Source of the DNA: Torpedo marmorata
Taxonomy: Eukaryota
Length of the DNA: 64,000 bases
Assembly: GCA_977017645.1 (NCBI GenBank)
Contig: OZ360219.1
Coordinates: 254,634,001 to 254,698,000 of the forward strand
Reading direction: 5' to 3'
Shown here: positions 12,821 to 25,370 of the stretch, in pieces
How positions within the stretch are numbered: the first letter of the stretch is position 1
Layout of the letters: each line of letters starts with the position of its first letter
The notes under the pieces: generated by a model
The model's input: the letters and a program-made list of their open reading frames with translations, nothing else
What the model was told of the DNA's origin: nothing
The model's database searches: none
Position numbers and translations under genes: made by a program

Positions 12821-13684
12821 CCTTGAAATATTTAAGATGTCAGGAATGGGAAGTGGTTCTCCGGGTGTCCTTCCATTAACAGACATTTTATATCTGAAGT
12901 GTAGCATTCTGACCATATTGAGCTGAAATTGCTGCTTAAATATTAACTTGAGGTTCTGATAAGGTGAGTGTTACATCTTTTTTACAACAGTGGACCCATC
13001 ACCTGCAGGGCAGCAAAGTAACCGAGGAAACAGGTATTTGATGCTAAGGAATGACTTTAAACCTGAGAATGAACAGGATAAGAAGAAATAAAAAAAATAA
13101 GCTGGCATTCACAAGATCAAACGTCTTCCAAGCACTCAATTCAGGATATAATCAAGGCAAATTACTATTTTTTGGAGGGTGGCAGACATGTCAATGGGAG
13201 CGTTCCTGAGGTTTTATCTTAGATTCAGGTGAAACATTAGTTGGCTGGGATTCTGAGGTATTTGAAAACCTGGCAGGTGAAGGTGGAGAAAATTGTTTTC
13301 CTCTACCACCAAGCAAAACTCAAACCTTTCCTGTGATCAGACCTCCCTGTTGTCAGACTCCTAATGGTCAGAATCACCTGTAAGCAGAGAGTCTTGGACA
13401 CAACTTATTCTGCAATCTCCAACTCCCCCCCCCCCACCACAATCGATCTCTATCCACAATCATTCCACTATCACGATGTTACCTCAAACCTCATTCAGTA
13501 GCATCAGCTAACAGCACAGAGAGATCATCAAACACTCTCCAGCAAAATTTTAAACTAGGTTTCTATTGCTTGATTGCATCATTTTACCCTCTAAACCAGC
13601 ATCATTAAACAATGTATTATGTTACATCTGCTGTGTGCACATGGGCTGCTCTGATCCCCAACACTACAAAAGTGAATAGACTTC

Positions 13685-14733
13685 AATGCCGGCGGGGTTG
13701 AAGCGAATGATGGGACGGAGTTGGATTTGTTCGGACGATCGGGCTGTGGTGAGCGCTTGATGCAGGCCCGGGCTCCATGAGATCTGGGGTGGGAACGGAG
13801 TGGTGTGTGGGAGCACATTGGAACAAATTGCCGGGAGTTGCTGAATCTGTGATATCAGGGTACCAAAATGGCAGCGCTGCCGGAGTCGCTGTAGCGGCAG
13901 CGCTGCCGCTGGTGCGGACCCGTGGGGAGAAAGGGAGCGGAGATGCAGTGCTCCCGTGGGTTCCAGCCGCCCAGTCGACTGCCGTCGGCTCTGCACGGGC
14001 TTTGAATGGCCCGTTGAGGGAGCCGACAGTGGTTTTATTTGAGATCCCGCAGCCGCGGGGTCTGTGCCCAAGATGGCAGCGCCAATTAATCAGCAGTAGC
14101 CACGAGGGGCTGCAGACTCTGGGGAAGCGAAGGACTGGAGCAGGGCACCAGAGGACGGAAAGATCAACCCCCCCTGTCTGAGAAGGAGAAGCGGAGGAGA
14201 CGACCCACGGGACGGTGACCACGGCGGCGGACCAGTGAGTGGCTCTGAGGCTGAAGGACCAGTGCATGCGGCGGGCTGCTGGCGACTTGAGGCGAGGAAC
14301 CTGCGGAGGCTGTGGGCTGCTGGAGATTGCTGTTGGGAGACTTGCGCCGGGCTGCGGACTACTGGAGACTGGCTCGAACTGGCTGGAGGAGTACCAGGTA
14401 TCGGAACCGGGATGCGAGGTGGTGCCGAGGGCACTGAAGGGTTCCTGACCGTGTCGGAGGTATGGATCTGGAGCTCGGGTTGCCGATGTTTTATACTGGA
14501 CTCAGTGTGGCTGCGGAAGCTGCGGAAGCGCTGGAGGTGAATCTACGGACACTCGGTGACTCTGGGGGGACTCTCTTTTGCTTCTCTTTCTCTGACTGTA
14601 AGGAATGTTAGAGGCGCTTAGGCAATTTCTGCTGGAGGCGAATCTGTCTGCCTTGCAGCAGGCAAAAAGAAATTTCATGTAATATGACACTGTTTTATTA
14701 CCATGACAATAAATTGAATGTTGAATCTTGAAT
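13685..14733 (+). mobile_element. GC-rich non-coding retroelement with Rex1-type 3' tail (copy 1)
   Basis: Homologous to 49125-49690 (+) and 57250-57984 (-); ends GACAATAAA plus (TTGAATC)n-like tail similar to the Rex1 end at 30450-30537; no RT motifs, no Pol III A/B boxes seen. Confidence 0.75.
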
Positions 14734-15070
14734 GATACTGAATAATGAATCACTTTGATTAGTCTGTCATGAAAAACATTTTTTTTCCTTTCTTCCATTA
14801 AATGCAGCATGTTTGGCATGTGCAACATACACAATGTCCTGATTGGTTGCCATTGCAAGATGAAAATATTTTCCTCACACAATTCAAAGAAATAGTCGTT
14901 CTGACAAAGGTGAGCCGACCCAACTTTCCTTGGCAGTTATCTGCATTAAATTTTTTAGTGGTGACCATTGCCCCAGTAGCTCAGGTGGTGCAGCCATTTA
15001 TCTGCTATGCAAGTCAAATGTTGAGTATTCTGCAATGAATGCTGAACCTCCTTCCTTTCCATTGTCTCTT

Positions 15071-15349
15071 GGGGCAGCACGGTTAGCGTAGCGGTTAGCG
15101 CAACGCCTTTACAGCGCCAGCGATCGGGACCCAGGTTCGAATACCGCGCTGTCTGTAAGGAGTTTGTACATTCTCCCCATGTCTGCATGGGTTTTCCCCA
15201 GGGGCTCCGGTTTCCTCCCACTGTTCGAAACCTACCGGGGGTTGTAAATTAATTGGGTGTAAATTGGGCAGCACGGACTCATGGGCCAAAATGGCCTGTT
15301 ACCGTGCTGTATGTCTAAATTTAAAACAAAATTAAATTTAAATTTAAAT
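15071..15349 (+). mobile_element. tRNA-derived V-SINE (HE1-like)
   Basis: Box A TAGCGTAGCGG (~15084), box B GGTTCGAATAC (15134), V-domain GGAGTTTGTACATTCTCCCC..GCTCCGGTTTCCTCCCAC, AT-rich tail. Confidence 0.88.
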
Positions 15350-16399
15350 CACATAAAAACAGGAATGCATCGGAATTATCTCTATTGGCCTTGATGGACA
15401 CAACTGAAATATAAAACTAAAGTAGCTCAAAACTATCCAGGAGAAAGTAATCCCACATCCTCAGGATTAACTGTTCATCACTGTCAATCAGCATGGGTGA
15501 GTGTTTACCAACTCCCAGAATTACTGCAGAAACTTGTCAAGACTTCTCGAACAGCACTTGTCAAACCTTTAACCTTTACCAAGTTTTCCTGGTAAACTTG
15601 GTAAAAATTGATAGTATGGAAGTCACATACTATCCAGACCTGGAGATTTACTTCTAACACCATCTGAACAAAAAACTGGGAATGTCCATCCAGCAGTATT
15701 GTGCAAGTATCGTGACCACATGGAATGTAGCAGTTCAAAAAAAAAGTACCACCACCATCTTAAAGGCAGCAAACAAGCATTTGGCTTTGTAGTAGGACAT
15801 CAAAGACACATTTTGATTACTAAGTTCACTGTGGCACTCAGGCACAATTATGGTTATTGCTAATGGCTCATGTAATAAGATCAACCACTCACTGGCAGTT
15901 CCACAGGTGGGTAACTTCAAAAATTGGTTTAATCTCCATCTCTTTTCCTCTCTGGTGCAAGATGCAATTGGGCAAATGGTCCAATGAACATGAAAGTGCT
16001 TGAATGTTGACAAAGTTGTGTCAATGTTATGCATTGATAATGGAAATGAACATTGTGAAAGGAGTGTTATGAGCTCAACACTCTACATGTCTTTGAGAAC
16101 ATTGCACTTGGGCACAATCATGTTCAGACCACATCTGAGAAACCTGTTTCAGGGAGTGAAATTCAACCTTTAGAGGGACATAAAGCAAAACTTTCAGCCT
16201 GGCGCTGATGCTGATAGAGGAAAATAATGAGCAAAGATCACATCAAGTTGGTTTGAATTTTAAAATTGTGAGTAATCTAATTAACATCTTTAAAATGGAG
16301 TTGAATATAGAGAGCACAACTTCAACACTTCCTGATAAATAGAATTCAGAAATCTATTAAATAACCATGAGGTTACAGTCTTCTTGAGATCATTGAAAG

Positions 16400-17570
16400 A
16401 ATGACAAATAAAATTAAGCAGATGAAACTTAATGCAGACGAAGTGATAAAATTTGATTGGACTAATGAGAAGAGGCAACATTAAGTATGATAAATTATAT
16501 CAATTTTAATGCAGTTGGAGGAGCAGAGAGACCTGTGAGTGAACACATACAAATTTGTCAAGTTGAAAGAACAATTTAGGAAGTTTATAATTAAAGCCAA
16601 TGGGAGGGATTTCTGGTTCCATGATCGAAGACATAGTATATCGAAGCAAGGAAATTATGCAAAACTTTTATGAAACATGAACATGACCACAGCCGGTCAT
16701 CAATTCAATTCTGGGCACCATATCCTAGGAAGAATCTCAAAACCTTATCAAAGATGCAAAGGGGAGTTACGAGAATAGCTTGCGGGATGTGGGACCTGGG
16801 TTATGAACTCAAACTGCGGTTGTTCATCTTGGAGCTGGAAAAGGTTCAGATGAGACTTGGTCAAAATGCTGAGATCCTATGTGCTTTTGATAAAGTTCTG
16901 TGGAAAAATATTTTCAAATGACAGAAAAGGTTGGTAATTAGAAGACATGGACAGGTGATTAGCCAAAAATGTGACACAAAGAAATACTAAACACTTCTAA
17001 CCTCAAATGAAAAGGTGGCAGAAGCAAGCTGAGTTGCAACAAGAAATAAAGAAATAGAATAATACTTGATAGGGCAAGATGTATAGGACTACAGGAAAAG
17101 TGAAAGGTTGTGTACTAAATGAGTAGCTCAAAAATAACAAAGCCAAATGGCCTCCTACCCAAAGGCACAAGCGACTGCAGATGCTGGATTCTAGGGCAAA
17201 AAACAATCTGCTGAGTTCCTTCTGCAGACTGTTTTTGGCTTTATTCTCTGCCTTTTCATGCTTTAATTTTATTTCCTGGGGAAAAACACAGGACAAAGGG
17301 ACATCATTTTCAAATTTAAATCATGCAGAATGGAGATCAGGAAATGCTTGCTTCACACAAATTACAGTTGAGATTCATAACTTGCTGACCAAATGGCTGT
17401 CAAAGCAGGCTTGCTTGAAATTTTGATGATAGATCTTGGTAGATTTTGTTCTCGTCAGAGTACTAGGGATATGTAACGAAGAGTAAAATGGAGGCAAAGG
17501 TCAACTGTGAGCTCGGAGATGGTACATCTGGCTTCAAGAGCTCCATGCCTGCTTTATTTTCCTATGTGTT
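16400..17570 (+). mobile_element. Highly decayed CR1 3' region
   Basis: IQFWAPYPRK..MQRGVTRI motif and 3' end remnants; short Penelope-end-like insert at ~17170-17240. Confidence 0.6.
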
Positions 17571-17574
17571 TTAT

Positions 17575-17929
17575 GGAGTACAGAAAGACACAGTTCACAA
17601 ACAGGCCATTTGGCCCACCAAATCCCCACTGACTATTAATCACCTGTTTACACTAATCTTACATTAATCCCCTTTTTATTATTCTCCCTCTATTCACCTC
17701 TTACCAGATTCTGCCACTAACCTGGACACTTGTGGCAATTTACAATGGCCATTTAGGATAACAAACAGCATATCCTTTGGATATGGGGAGGAAATAAGAA
17801 CAGCTGGAGAAAACCCACACGGTCACTTGAGAATGTGGAGACTCCAAACAGGCAGTAGCCAAGGACAGGATTGAGCCCAGGTCTCAGGTGTTGAGGCAGT
17901 GACTCTACTAGCTGTGTATTGCACCACCC
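17575..17929 (-). mobile_element. Older V-SINE (HE1-like)
   Basis: Reverse complement shows a tRNA-like head and the V-domain (GTGTGGGTTTTCTCCAGCTG..TTTCCTCCCCATATCCAAAG). Confidence 0.75.
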
Positions 17930-19191
17930 TTTTGAATAAATTGCACCGATGTATTGGTTTACAGTTTCCTGTCATCCCAACAAAATGTTTTCTATTCTGC
18001 CCCTTATAAAGAAAGGAGTTTGTCGACCCATTTTTGATATTACAGTTGCCAACATTTGAGACAATGGTTTGGATATGAGCCTCTGGGTTATAATATTATT
18101 GAACAATGTCAGGAATGCACTTCAACTCACAGAGGGTAAAAGGTCCACTTACAAAGGACTGATGACATGGAACCTGAGAGAATTTCAAGTGTTAATCCCT
18201 GAAACACATGGTGGTCATTAATTTTACTTAATAAGTGCCTTAAAGCTTACAACCTTCAATAATACCAGCCTAAACTTGGACAAAAATAGCAGTATATGAA
18301 TTAAGAAAAGAGTAAAATCTCTGCATTTGGACAATTAGTTTAGATTTCATTTTATCTAAGCAGCTGCAATTTATTCAGAAGTTATTGAAAAATTACATGG
18401 TTCAGGAGTTAGAGTATGAAAATGAACTCCTTTTGAAATCTGAACCCTCATGTAAATAAGTGCTTCTTTATCACATCAAACATCCACAATTTTCAACAAA
18501 ATTCCCCTTTTACCAAAATATTTTTTACACTGTGGAAGAATAACATATGTTGAATGACTCCTTCTTTATGATATTTAATAGCACCTCTGATAAAGTAACA
18601 GCTTGCTCATAGCATCGTAAAGAAGCTTAACTGCCCTCCTCGCAAGTGTCTATGCATAAACATTGTTTTAATAAAATGGAACATTGGTAATTCTCTCTCT
18701 AATTTTTAGTTGCATCACCAATTAGCACACCATGCACAGTACCAGAGAACTGAAAGGTTAACCATATGCTATAGTTCAGAAGAGAAGTCTCCCCAAATGA
18801 ATTCTGACAAGTATTGTCAGATTTCCTAGAGGAAGTAAATTCAAACCTCTTCATCATCATGCTGACTGCACTGTAACTACAACTAGAGTAAAACAAAATG
18901 TTATACTTTACAGTCAGGGAAGGTCTAAGTTTATTAATGTCTTTTCACCACAATTAAAAAATAGAAAAGCTTTGTCCACTGGCCAGAGTTCTGCAAAAAT
19001 AACTAGAATTCAACACTTGTGTCTCAGCGTCACTCATAAATCTTACCACATCAAATAATAGTATTAGATCTCATGACTTATTTGTGAAGTGACATGTGTG
19101 TGTCCCTACAGGCCTTGTCAGTCACAGTCTGTCAAAAATCCATTTCATATGTAGGAAGTAACAATGTACTAAGAAACAAATTGCACACATT

Positions 19192-19375
19192 AAGATAAAA
19201 CCAGAAAATGCTGCAACGGCTCAGCAGGGCTAGCAGCATCTGTGCAGAAAGAAACAGAGTTAGCTTTATAGGTTAGCAATCTGTCACGCTAACTCAATTT
19301 CTCTCCCCACAGCCATTCCCTCATTTGTTGAGGTCTTCCAGTATTTACTTTTTTTAAAATTTCATATTTCAAAAA
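19192..19375. repeat. Decayed palindromic Penelope-end element
   Basis: AAATGCTG..CTCAGCAGG..GCAGCATCTGTG..AGAAACAGAGTTAGC mirrored by GCTAACTCAATTTCTCTCCCCACAG..CTTCCAGTATTT. Confidence 0.55.
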
Positions 19376-20449
19376 GTGTTAAGTTTTATAAATAATAGCT
19401 GGACCATGGCATGGATTCAGCTCTGGAAACAAGTACCATGCATTGAATTCCTAACCTTGCACAAAAATGGATGGTGCTCTCACATCATTAACGGTTAATG
19501 GGTCGGATCTTCCCGAGGCAGTCGATAAATGTTTACTTCCTCACAATGCAGGTATAGAGCAAATGATCCTAGCTATTCTCACACTAACCAGAGCATGCAG
19601 TTAAAGCAAAGAGAGGATTGGGGGGCAAAGAAGGGTTGAATGGTAAGGGGAATGATGAGCAGTTACACACGTGTCCATATGGTGACTTAGGAGTATATTG
19701 GTTGGTTTACAATGGGAACATTATTGGATTCTTAGAAGACAGACTGCAGGACTTCAATTAACAATTCTTGGCCTAAAATTACTCAGTATAATAGAAACAT
19801 TAAACTCAACAGCATAGAATCTTACCAAAAATTAATTATTTTGTTGTCTTTGAAAGAAAATGCATGAAAAGGTTGGTATTTTAACATGAAGAGCCTCGCA
19901 GTATATGTTTTTAATTTCTAGAAAAACCCACATAGTTCGTTATTAATTAAAACAGCATAAGGTTCTTTGTTATATTTTTGGTTATATATGATTGGGAAAC
20001 ACAGGTTACTGAGCTTGTGTGGTGAGGTATTCAGGTGTCAGTGGAAAAAGAAAAGTAGGAACTTACAGAGGTGGCAATTTAGGGAAATCAGAAGGTGCAG
20101 ACACTGGAACTTGAAGTGGTGGGGTTTAAGACTACTGGGTAGCAGGAGGAAACAAGAGTGGGAACAAGATTCTCTCAGAACCTTAGGTCAAGTGAAAGGC
20201 AAACTCTGCATGTGAGGAAGAAACATAAGGGGGAAAGTAAAGGGACAAAATGAGGTGGCATTTGAGAATGGTGAATTTGGAAAGAGACAGATGTTTAGTA
20301 AGCTGAATTGGGGGACATTGGAAATGCCTGAATATTTACTTCTTCATAATGTTTTCCGCTCGTCTTCTTTTCATTTTTATTGATTCCTTCTCCCTCAGCA
20401 TCTTTTTTTCCTATCCTCAATAATATCCCAAATGATTCTGGAGTCCAAA

Positions 20450-21160
20450 CCATAGACACAGGAGCAGAAAGAGGCTATTCAGCCCATCGAGTTTGCCCTG
20501 CCATTTGATCAGAATCCATTTTCCCACTCAGCCCCACTGCCCGGCCTTCTCCTCATAACCTTTGATGCCCTGGCTAATCAATAACCTATCAATTTCTGCC
20601 TTAAATACACCCAATGACCTGGCCTCCACAACTGCCTGTAGCAACAAATTCCACGGAATTACCACCTTCTGGCTGAAGAAATTCCTCCACATCTCTGTTC
20701 TAAGCAGACACCCTTCAATCATAAAGTTGTGCCCTCTTGTCCTAGACTCTCCTTTCTACATCTAATCTGTCCATGCCTTTCAACATTCAAAATGTTTCAA
20801 TGAGATCCCCCCTCATTCTCCTAAATTCCAATGAGTACAGGCCAAGAGTTGTCAAACACTCCTCATATGATAACGCTTTAATTCCCAGAATCATCCTTTT
20901 GAACCTCCTCTGAACCCTCTCCAATATCAGCACATCCTTTCTTAAATGAGGAGCCCAAAACTGCTCACAATACTCCAAGTGAGGTCTCACCAGTGCCTTA
21001 TAAAGCCTCAACATCACATCCCTGCCCTTATATTCTATTCCTCTTGAAATGAATGCCAACTCAACCTACAAGTTTACCTTCAGGCTATCCTGCACGAGGA
21101 CTCCTAGGTCCCTTTGCATCTGGGTATTTTCAATTTTCACCCCATTTAACATATAGTCTG
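20450..21160 (-). mobile_element. CR1 3' fragment
   Basis: LYKALVRPHLEYCEQFWAPHLRKD..LEFRRMRGDLIETF; FFSQKVVIPWNLL. Confidence 0.9.
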
Positions 21161-22063
21161 GTTTGTGGACCAGAAGTGAGACCCAATCTTGGTTATCTTT
21201 CAAAAAAAAGGTTTATCAAATCCAGTTTTCACTGGAGTTTTTAACCCTCAGAAATGACAGCTAGCGCAATCTGACATGTGCAGCTTTTTTTGCACATTGA
21301 ACAATTGGGCTCAGTTTAGAGGCATTTACTTATTACATCAAAGGAGAACAAAAATGTAAAGAGAATGCTACATTTTTGTATTTAGAGAATTTGTTGCCAT
21401 TGAAAATTATTTGACTTTTTTTGGTCACCAAACATACGGTATTCATGTCTTGTTTTCTCATTGGTAAATAAATGATAAAATTGTAATTAATTGATTGCGA
21501 TGTCAAGGTGTTTTGATAGGTCATTCTTTTGCTTGCATATATTTACATAGTTGACTGATATTTGATGTGTGATGCTATTACTTTCATATTTTGGTATTAA
21601 AAGCTCTATTTTATACATTTAATTTTTTTTTATTCACTGATGTCCTGTGTCCTGTTTTTAGGTCTTTAATACAAAGTTATTTTCGCCTTGCATGTATCAT
21701 TCACCAGTGTGTGAAAGATAATAAATGGAAATGAGCTGTCAGTGTCTCCCTTACAAAATGTCCTAGCCTACATTGAAGACGATACACAATGAACCATGGC
21801 TGAGATTTCATGCCCTAACCCTCCCTCCGTATTCAACAGCTCATTTTACTTTTGAATCTTTTTGCTTAGAAATTGGAGTTTGCCTTTCAGGGTGCGCTAA
21901 GTGCATGATGTATGTAGGGATAGCATCCAATTCATCAACCGGCATAAGAATTAGGGTATTGGGGGAAATACAATGAAAATATCCTTAGGTTGGTTTTTGG
22001 CCCAAATATTGATGAAAAATGTTACCATGGTATATTTTATTTTGGCATCGAGCTGCAGAACGT

Positions 22064-22701
22064 GTTGTTAAAGGTGTGACCTATGACCTGCATTTTCCAC
22101 TCACTGTAAATTAAAGCGCAAACCCTGCAGCAACTCAGCTGTCCGGTCATTCCTTGGATGTGAGTCAACTTTATAAAAATCTCTTCATGGCAGCCACAGC
22201 ACATCAATATGAAAGGTTGCTGTGCAAGTGAAGAAAAATGGGGCAGGAAAGAGAAACAAAGTACAAATAACTCTGGTCTGACCCAGCAGACCAGATATTG
22301 TTGTTGGTGTATCCTGAGTACCTGTTTGACTGTAGCAAGAAACAATTTTGGACCATCTATACATTGTACTTATGTATACGACAGTAAACTGAAACTCACT
22401 ATAAGGTGCAGAATTATCAAGAAGTCCGTGATTGCAGCCTCTTTCACTGTGGTGTATTTTTGTTTGGAGATGGTGACATGATACTACGACTATGAAAATA
22501 CCTTGTACTGTGTATTTTTATTCTGAATAAAGTCTATTTTGAAATGTAAAAAAAAAGTGGTGCATGGAAAAGTTAATTTGGCAGAAGCTGTCAGCAAGAC
22601 ATCAATGTTTTGGAGGTGATGCTTTGTTGGCTTGTTGCAGGGTTTACTTTCTGTTTCACAATTAGTGAAAAATTCAGGTCATAGGCCACACCTTTAACAA
22701 C
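22064..22701. repeat. Old long-inverted-repeat element (putative MITE) with LINE tails inside
   Basis: ~75-bp arms: GTTGTTAAAGGTGTGACCTATGACCTG..AAACCCTGCAGCAA (22064-~22135) and its reverse complement (~22630-22701). Rex1 tail at ~22300-22398; AATAAA plus poly(A) tail at ~22490-22557. Confidence 0.7.
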
Positions 22702-22959
22702 CAAGCTGTCAGTATCAGCAGTAGATCAAATCATTAGAAGTGCCTCCAAAGCTGGGCAAACATCAAACATGGACAAAATTGCAAATGGTGGCAAATTGAC
22801 CCAGAAAAAAAATATGATCAAATGGCTTTTATACACAAATTACACATCAAGGTCACTCTCAATTATGTCCAATCTCAAGGCTTTTATTTATTAGTTCAAA
22901 AAAGAACAAAGATATGAAGGGAAGGCAGTATATTTCTAGAGAAAGAAGATTTGTTATCT

Positions 22960-23395
22960 TTTTTTAAATTTTTTTAATATTTTATTTTAAATTTTGAATT
23001 TTCTCACAGTAGTACAACACACGTAATATACATCATTAATTCCAGTAAATAAAAAACATAATTTGTATTACAGTGTATCTAACCCATCCCTTAACCCACC
23101 CTCTATAATGTTGCTACCCCACCCTCCAACCTTCCCCTCCCTTTAATTCCCTCCCCTTACTAAAAAACTAAAAAAAAACAGAAAAGAAGGCTTTGGTATT
23201 ACTTATTAAAAACATCTGTACGGATTGCTGCTGGGGCCACGGCTCGACGCGTGGCATTCAACAATATTTATTCTTTAAATTTGAGAGAGTCAACAGGGTC
23301 TAGGATGTAGAGCAACACAATTAGATATTCATACCTAATGATTGGATATATGGATGCCAAATTTGCAAAAATATCCCATATTTATTTCTCATATT
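22960..23395 (-). mobile_element. 5'-truncated L1 3' end with A-rich tail
   Basis: Minus strand encodes NMRNKYGIFLQIWHPYIQS (L1 ORF2 C-terminal F..IW.P motif), G-rich 3'UTR, A-rich tail; 11-bp TSD ATTTGTTATCT at 22949-22959 and 23396-23406. Confidence 0.85.
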
Positions 23396-24387
23396 ATTTG
23401 TTATCTCTTGAAGAGTTTTTAAATGCTGACTAGCCAATCATTCAAACATATTTCACCTCAAAATATTTCAGTATCCTGGTAAATGTCATTCATATGTCAT
23501 GTCACTGTGAGAAAGATAGTTCAAGATTGTTCTATCATTCCACAATTCCAAACATCTACCTTTAAAATTTCCTGTCAACAATCCTCAATTTTCCTTTGAT
23601 ATAATCCCATAAGAAAAATCTGGAATGCAGAATAAACTGGAGAAACATTCAAGTGTTAAAGGGCCTGCTCTATGCTTCATTACTCCATGAATGGAGGAAG
23701 AATTTGCCTTCTGTGTCTGTGGGATTTTGAATGACCTTCAGGCTTCACCACCAAGGCTGATCTACAAAGCAAGCATTCCAGAAGCATCAACCAGATCTTG
23801 TCTGCTGGATCTAAGGTCCTGCTCTGGACCACTGATGAATGCTTAACACTGGATGAAATAGCCTTTTCTAACTGTTTTTAATGTCTTTGATGATCTGAAA
23901 CATTCAAAAACTTATTAAATATATTTAAATAGTTAAAAATATATTGAGGATAAATTTAATTTAATCGGTATCTGGTGTAAATTAATTAAAGCAACAAGAT
24001 TAATAGAAGAAAATTTGACTTACTTTCACACTTTCTCCATGTAGGTCAGTGATCTCACAGATGGCATATAGTTAGAGAGCCAGATACAAAATTGCCTCAA
24101 CTCACGATGGCCCAGAGATGCCCTTGGAAATAGTGGTGAGGCCAAATGCATTGACATGTGACCTTTAGGGCAATGGGTACTCTATCAGGCTATATGTGGT
24201 TGCAGAAGTATAAATGCATTGATTTGCAAAGAGTACCTTGCCCGATCAACTAAATTACCATCGAAAGGAGAGAATGCTCTGAATCATTAAGTTATTTCAG
24301 ATGCAGGTTTGTTTTTGACCCACTTATTTTTAGTTTACCTCAGTAAAGGCCCAATTACCTGCAAATAATGAATTTCGATGTGGATGT

Positions 24388-25370
24388 GGCCATTCCTCAG
24401 CACTGCCACAGTGATGGCCCAGGATCCTTCAGCACTGCCCCAGTGTTGGCCCCAGATCCCTCAAAACTACCCCAGTGTTGGCTCCAGATCCCTCAACTCT
24501 GCCCCAGTGTTGGTTCAGGCTGCCTCTCAGCACTACCCCAGTGTTGTTTCAGGCTGTCTCTCAGCACCGCCCCAGTGTTGGCTCAGGTCATCCCTCAGCA
24601 CTGCCCCAGTGTTGTTTCAGGCCATCCCTCAGTATTGCCCCAGCTACAAACTCTAGGTCTCTATACCCCCCTCCCCCACCTCTGCAACTGGATCCTTGAC
24701 TTTCTCATCGGAAGACCACAGTCAGTACGAATTGGAAACAACGTCTCCTCCTCACTGATTATCAACACAGGCGCACCCCAAGGATGCGTGCTTAGCCCAC
24801 TGCTCTATTTGTTATACACCCATGACTGTGTGGCCAGGCACAATTCCAATGCCATCTACAAGTTTGCCGATGACACCACAATTGTCGGCAGAATCACAAA
24901 CGGCAATGAGGAAGTGTACAGGAGGGAGATAGATCAGATCGTTGAATGGTGTAACGACAACAACCTTGCGCTCAACATCAGCAAATCCAAGGAGATGATT
25001 GTGGACTTCAGGAGGAAGTCAGGGGAACAACACCCAGTCCTCATCGAGGGCTCAGTAGTGGAGAGGGTCAAGAACTTCAAATTCCTGGGTATCAACATCT
25101 CCGAGGATCTGTCCTGGAGCCTCCACGTTGATGCAATTACAAAGAAGGCTCGCCAGAGGCTATACATTGTGAGGTGTCTGACGAGATTCGGTATGTCACC
25201 GAAGACTCTCGTAAACTTCTACAGGTGTACTGTGTTGGTTCAGGCCATCCCTCAGTACCGCCCCAGTGTTGACTCAGACCATCCCTCAGTACTGCCCCAG
25301 TGAAGGCTCAGGCCATCCCTCAAGTACTGATCAATTGTTGGCCCTAGTCTTCCCTCAGTGCTGCCTCAAT
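24388..25370. repeat. ~34-bp minisatellite (CCCTCAGCACTGCCCCAGTGTTGGCTCAGGCCAT), about 12 units, split by a Rex1 fragment
   Basis: CTCAG recurs at 24526, 24560, 24594, 24628 and again after 25233. Confidence 0.9.
24644..25232 (+). mobile_element. Internal Rex1 RT fragment with no tail
   Basis: Stop-free [45 protein letters not shown]. Confidence 0.9.

Noticed and set aside
13591-14540. Overlapping 100-190 aa ORFs on both strands
   Set aside because: Expected in GC-rich sequence; frames are not preserved among the three homologous copies.
15071-15150. tRNA gene
   Set aside because: The A/B boxes are followed by a V-SINE body and tail, so it is a SINE head.
18699-18896. Minus-strand ORF with an acceptor-like site
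   Set aside because: Does not encode the expected next CELF peptide (DRKLFVGML) or any family I recognise.
24368-25303. 311-aa ORF as a host or domesticated gene
   Set aside because: It is a chance in-frame fusion of minisatellite and a partial Rex1 RT, antisense to the host, with no supporting gene structure.
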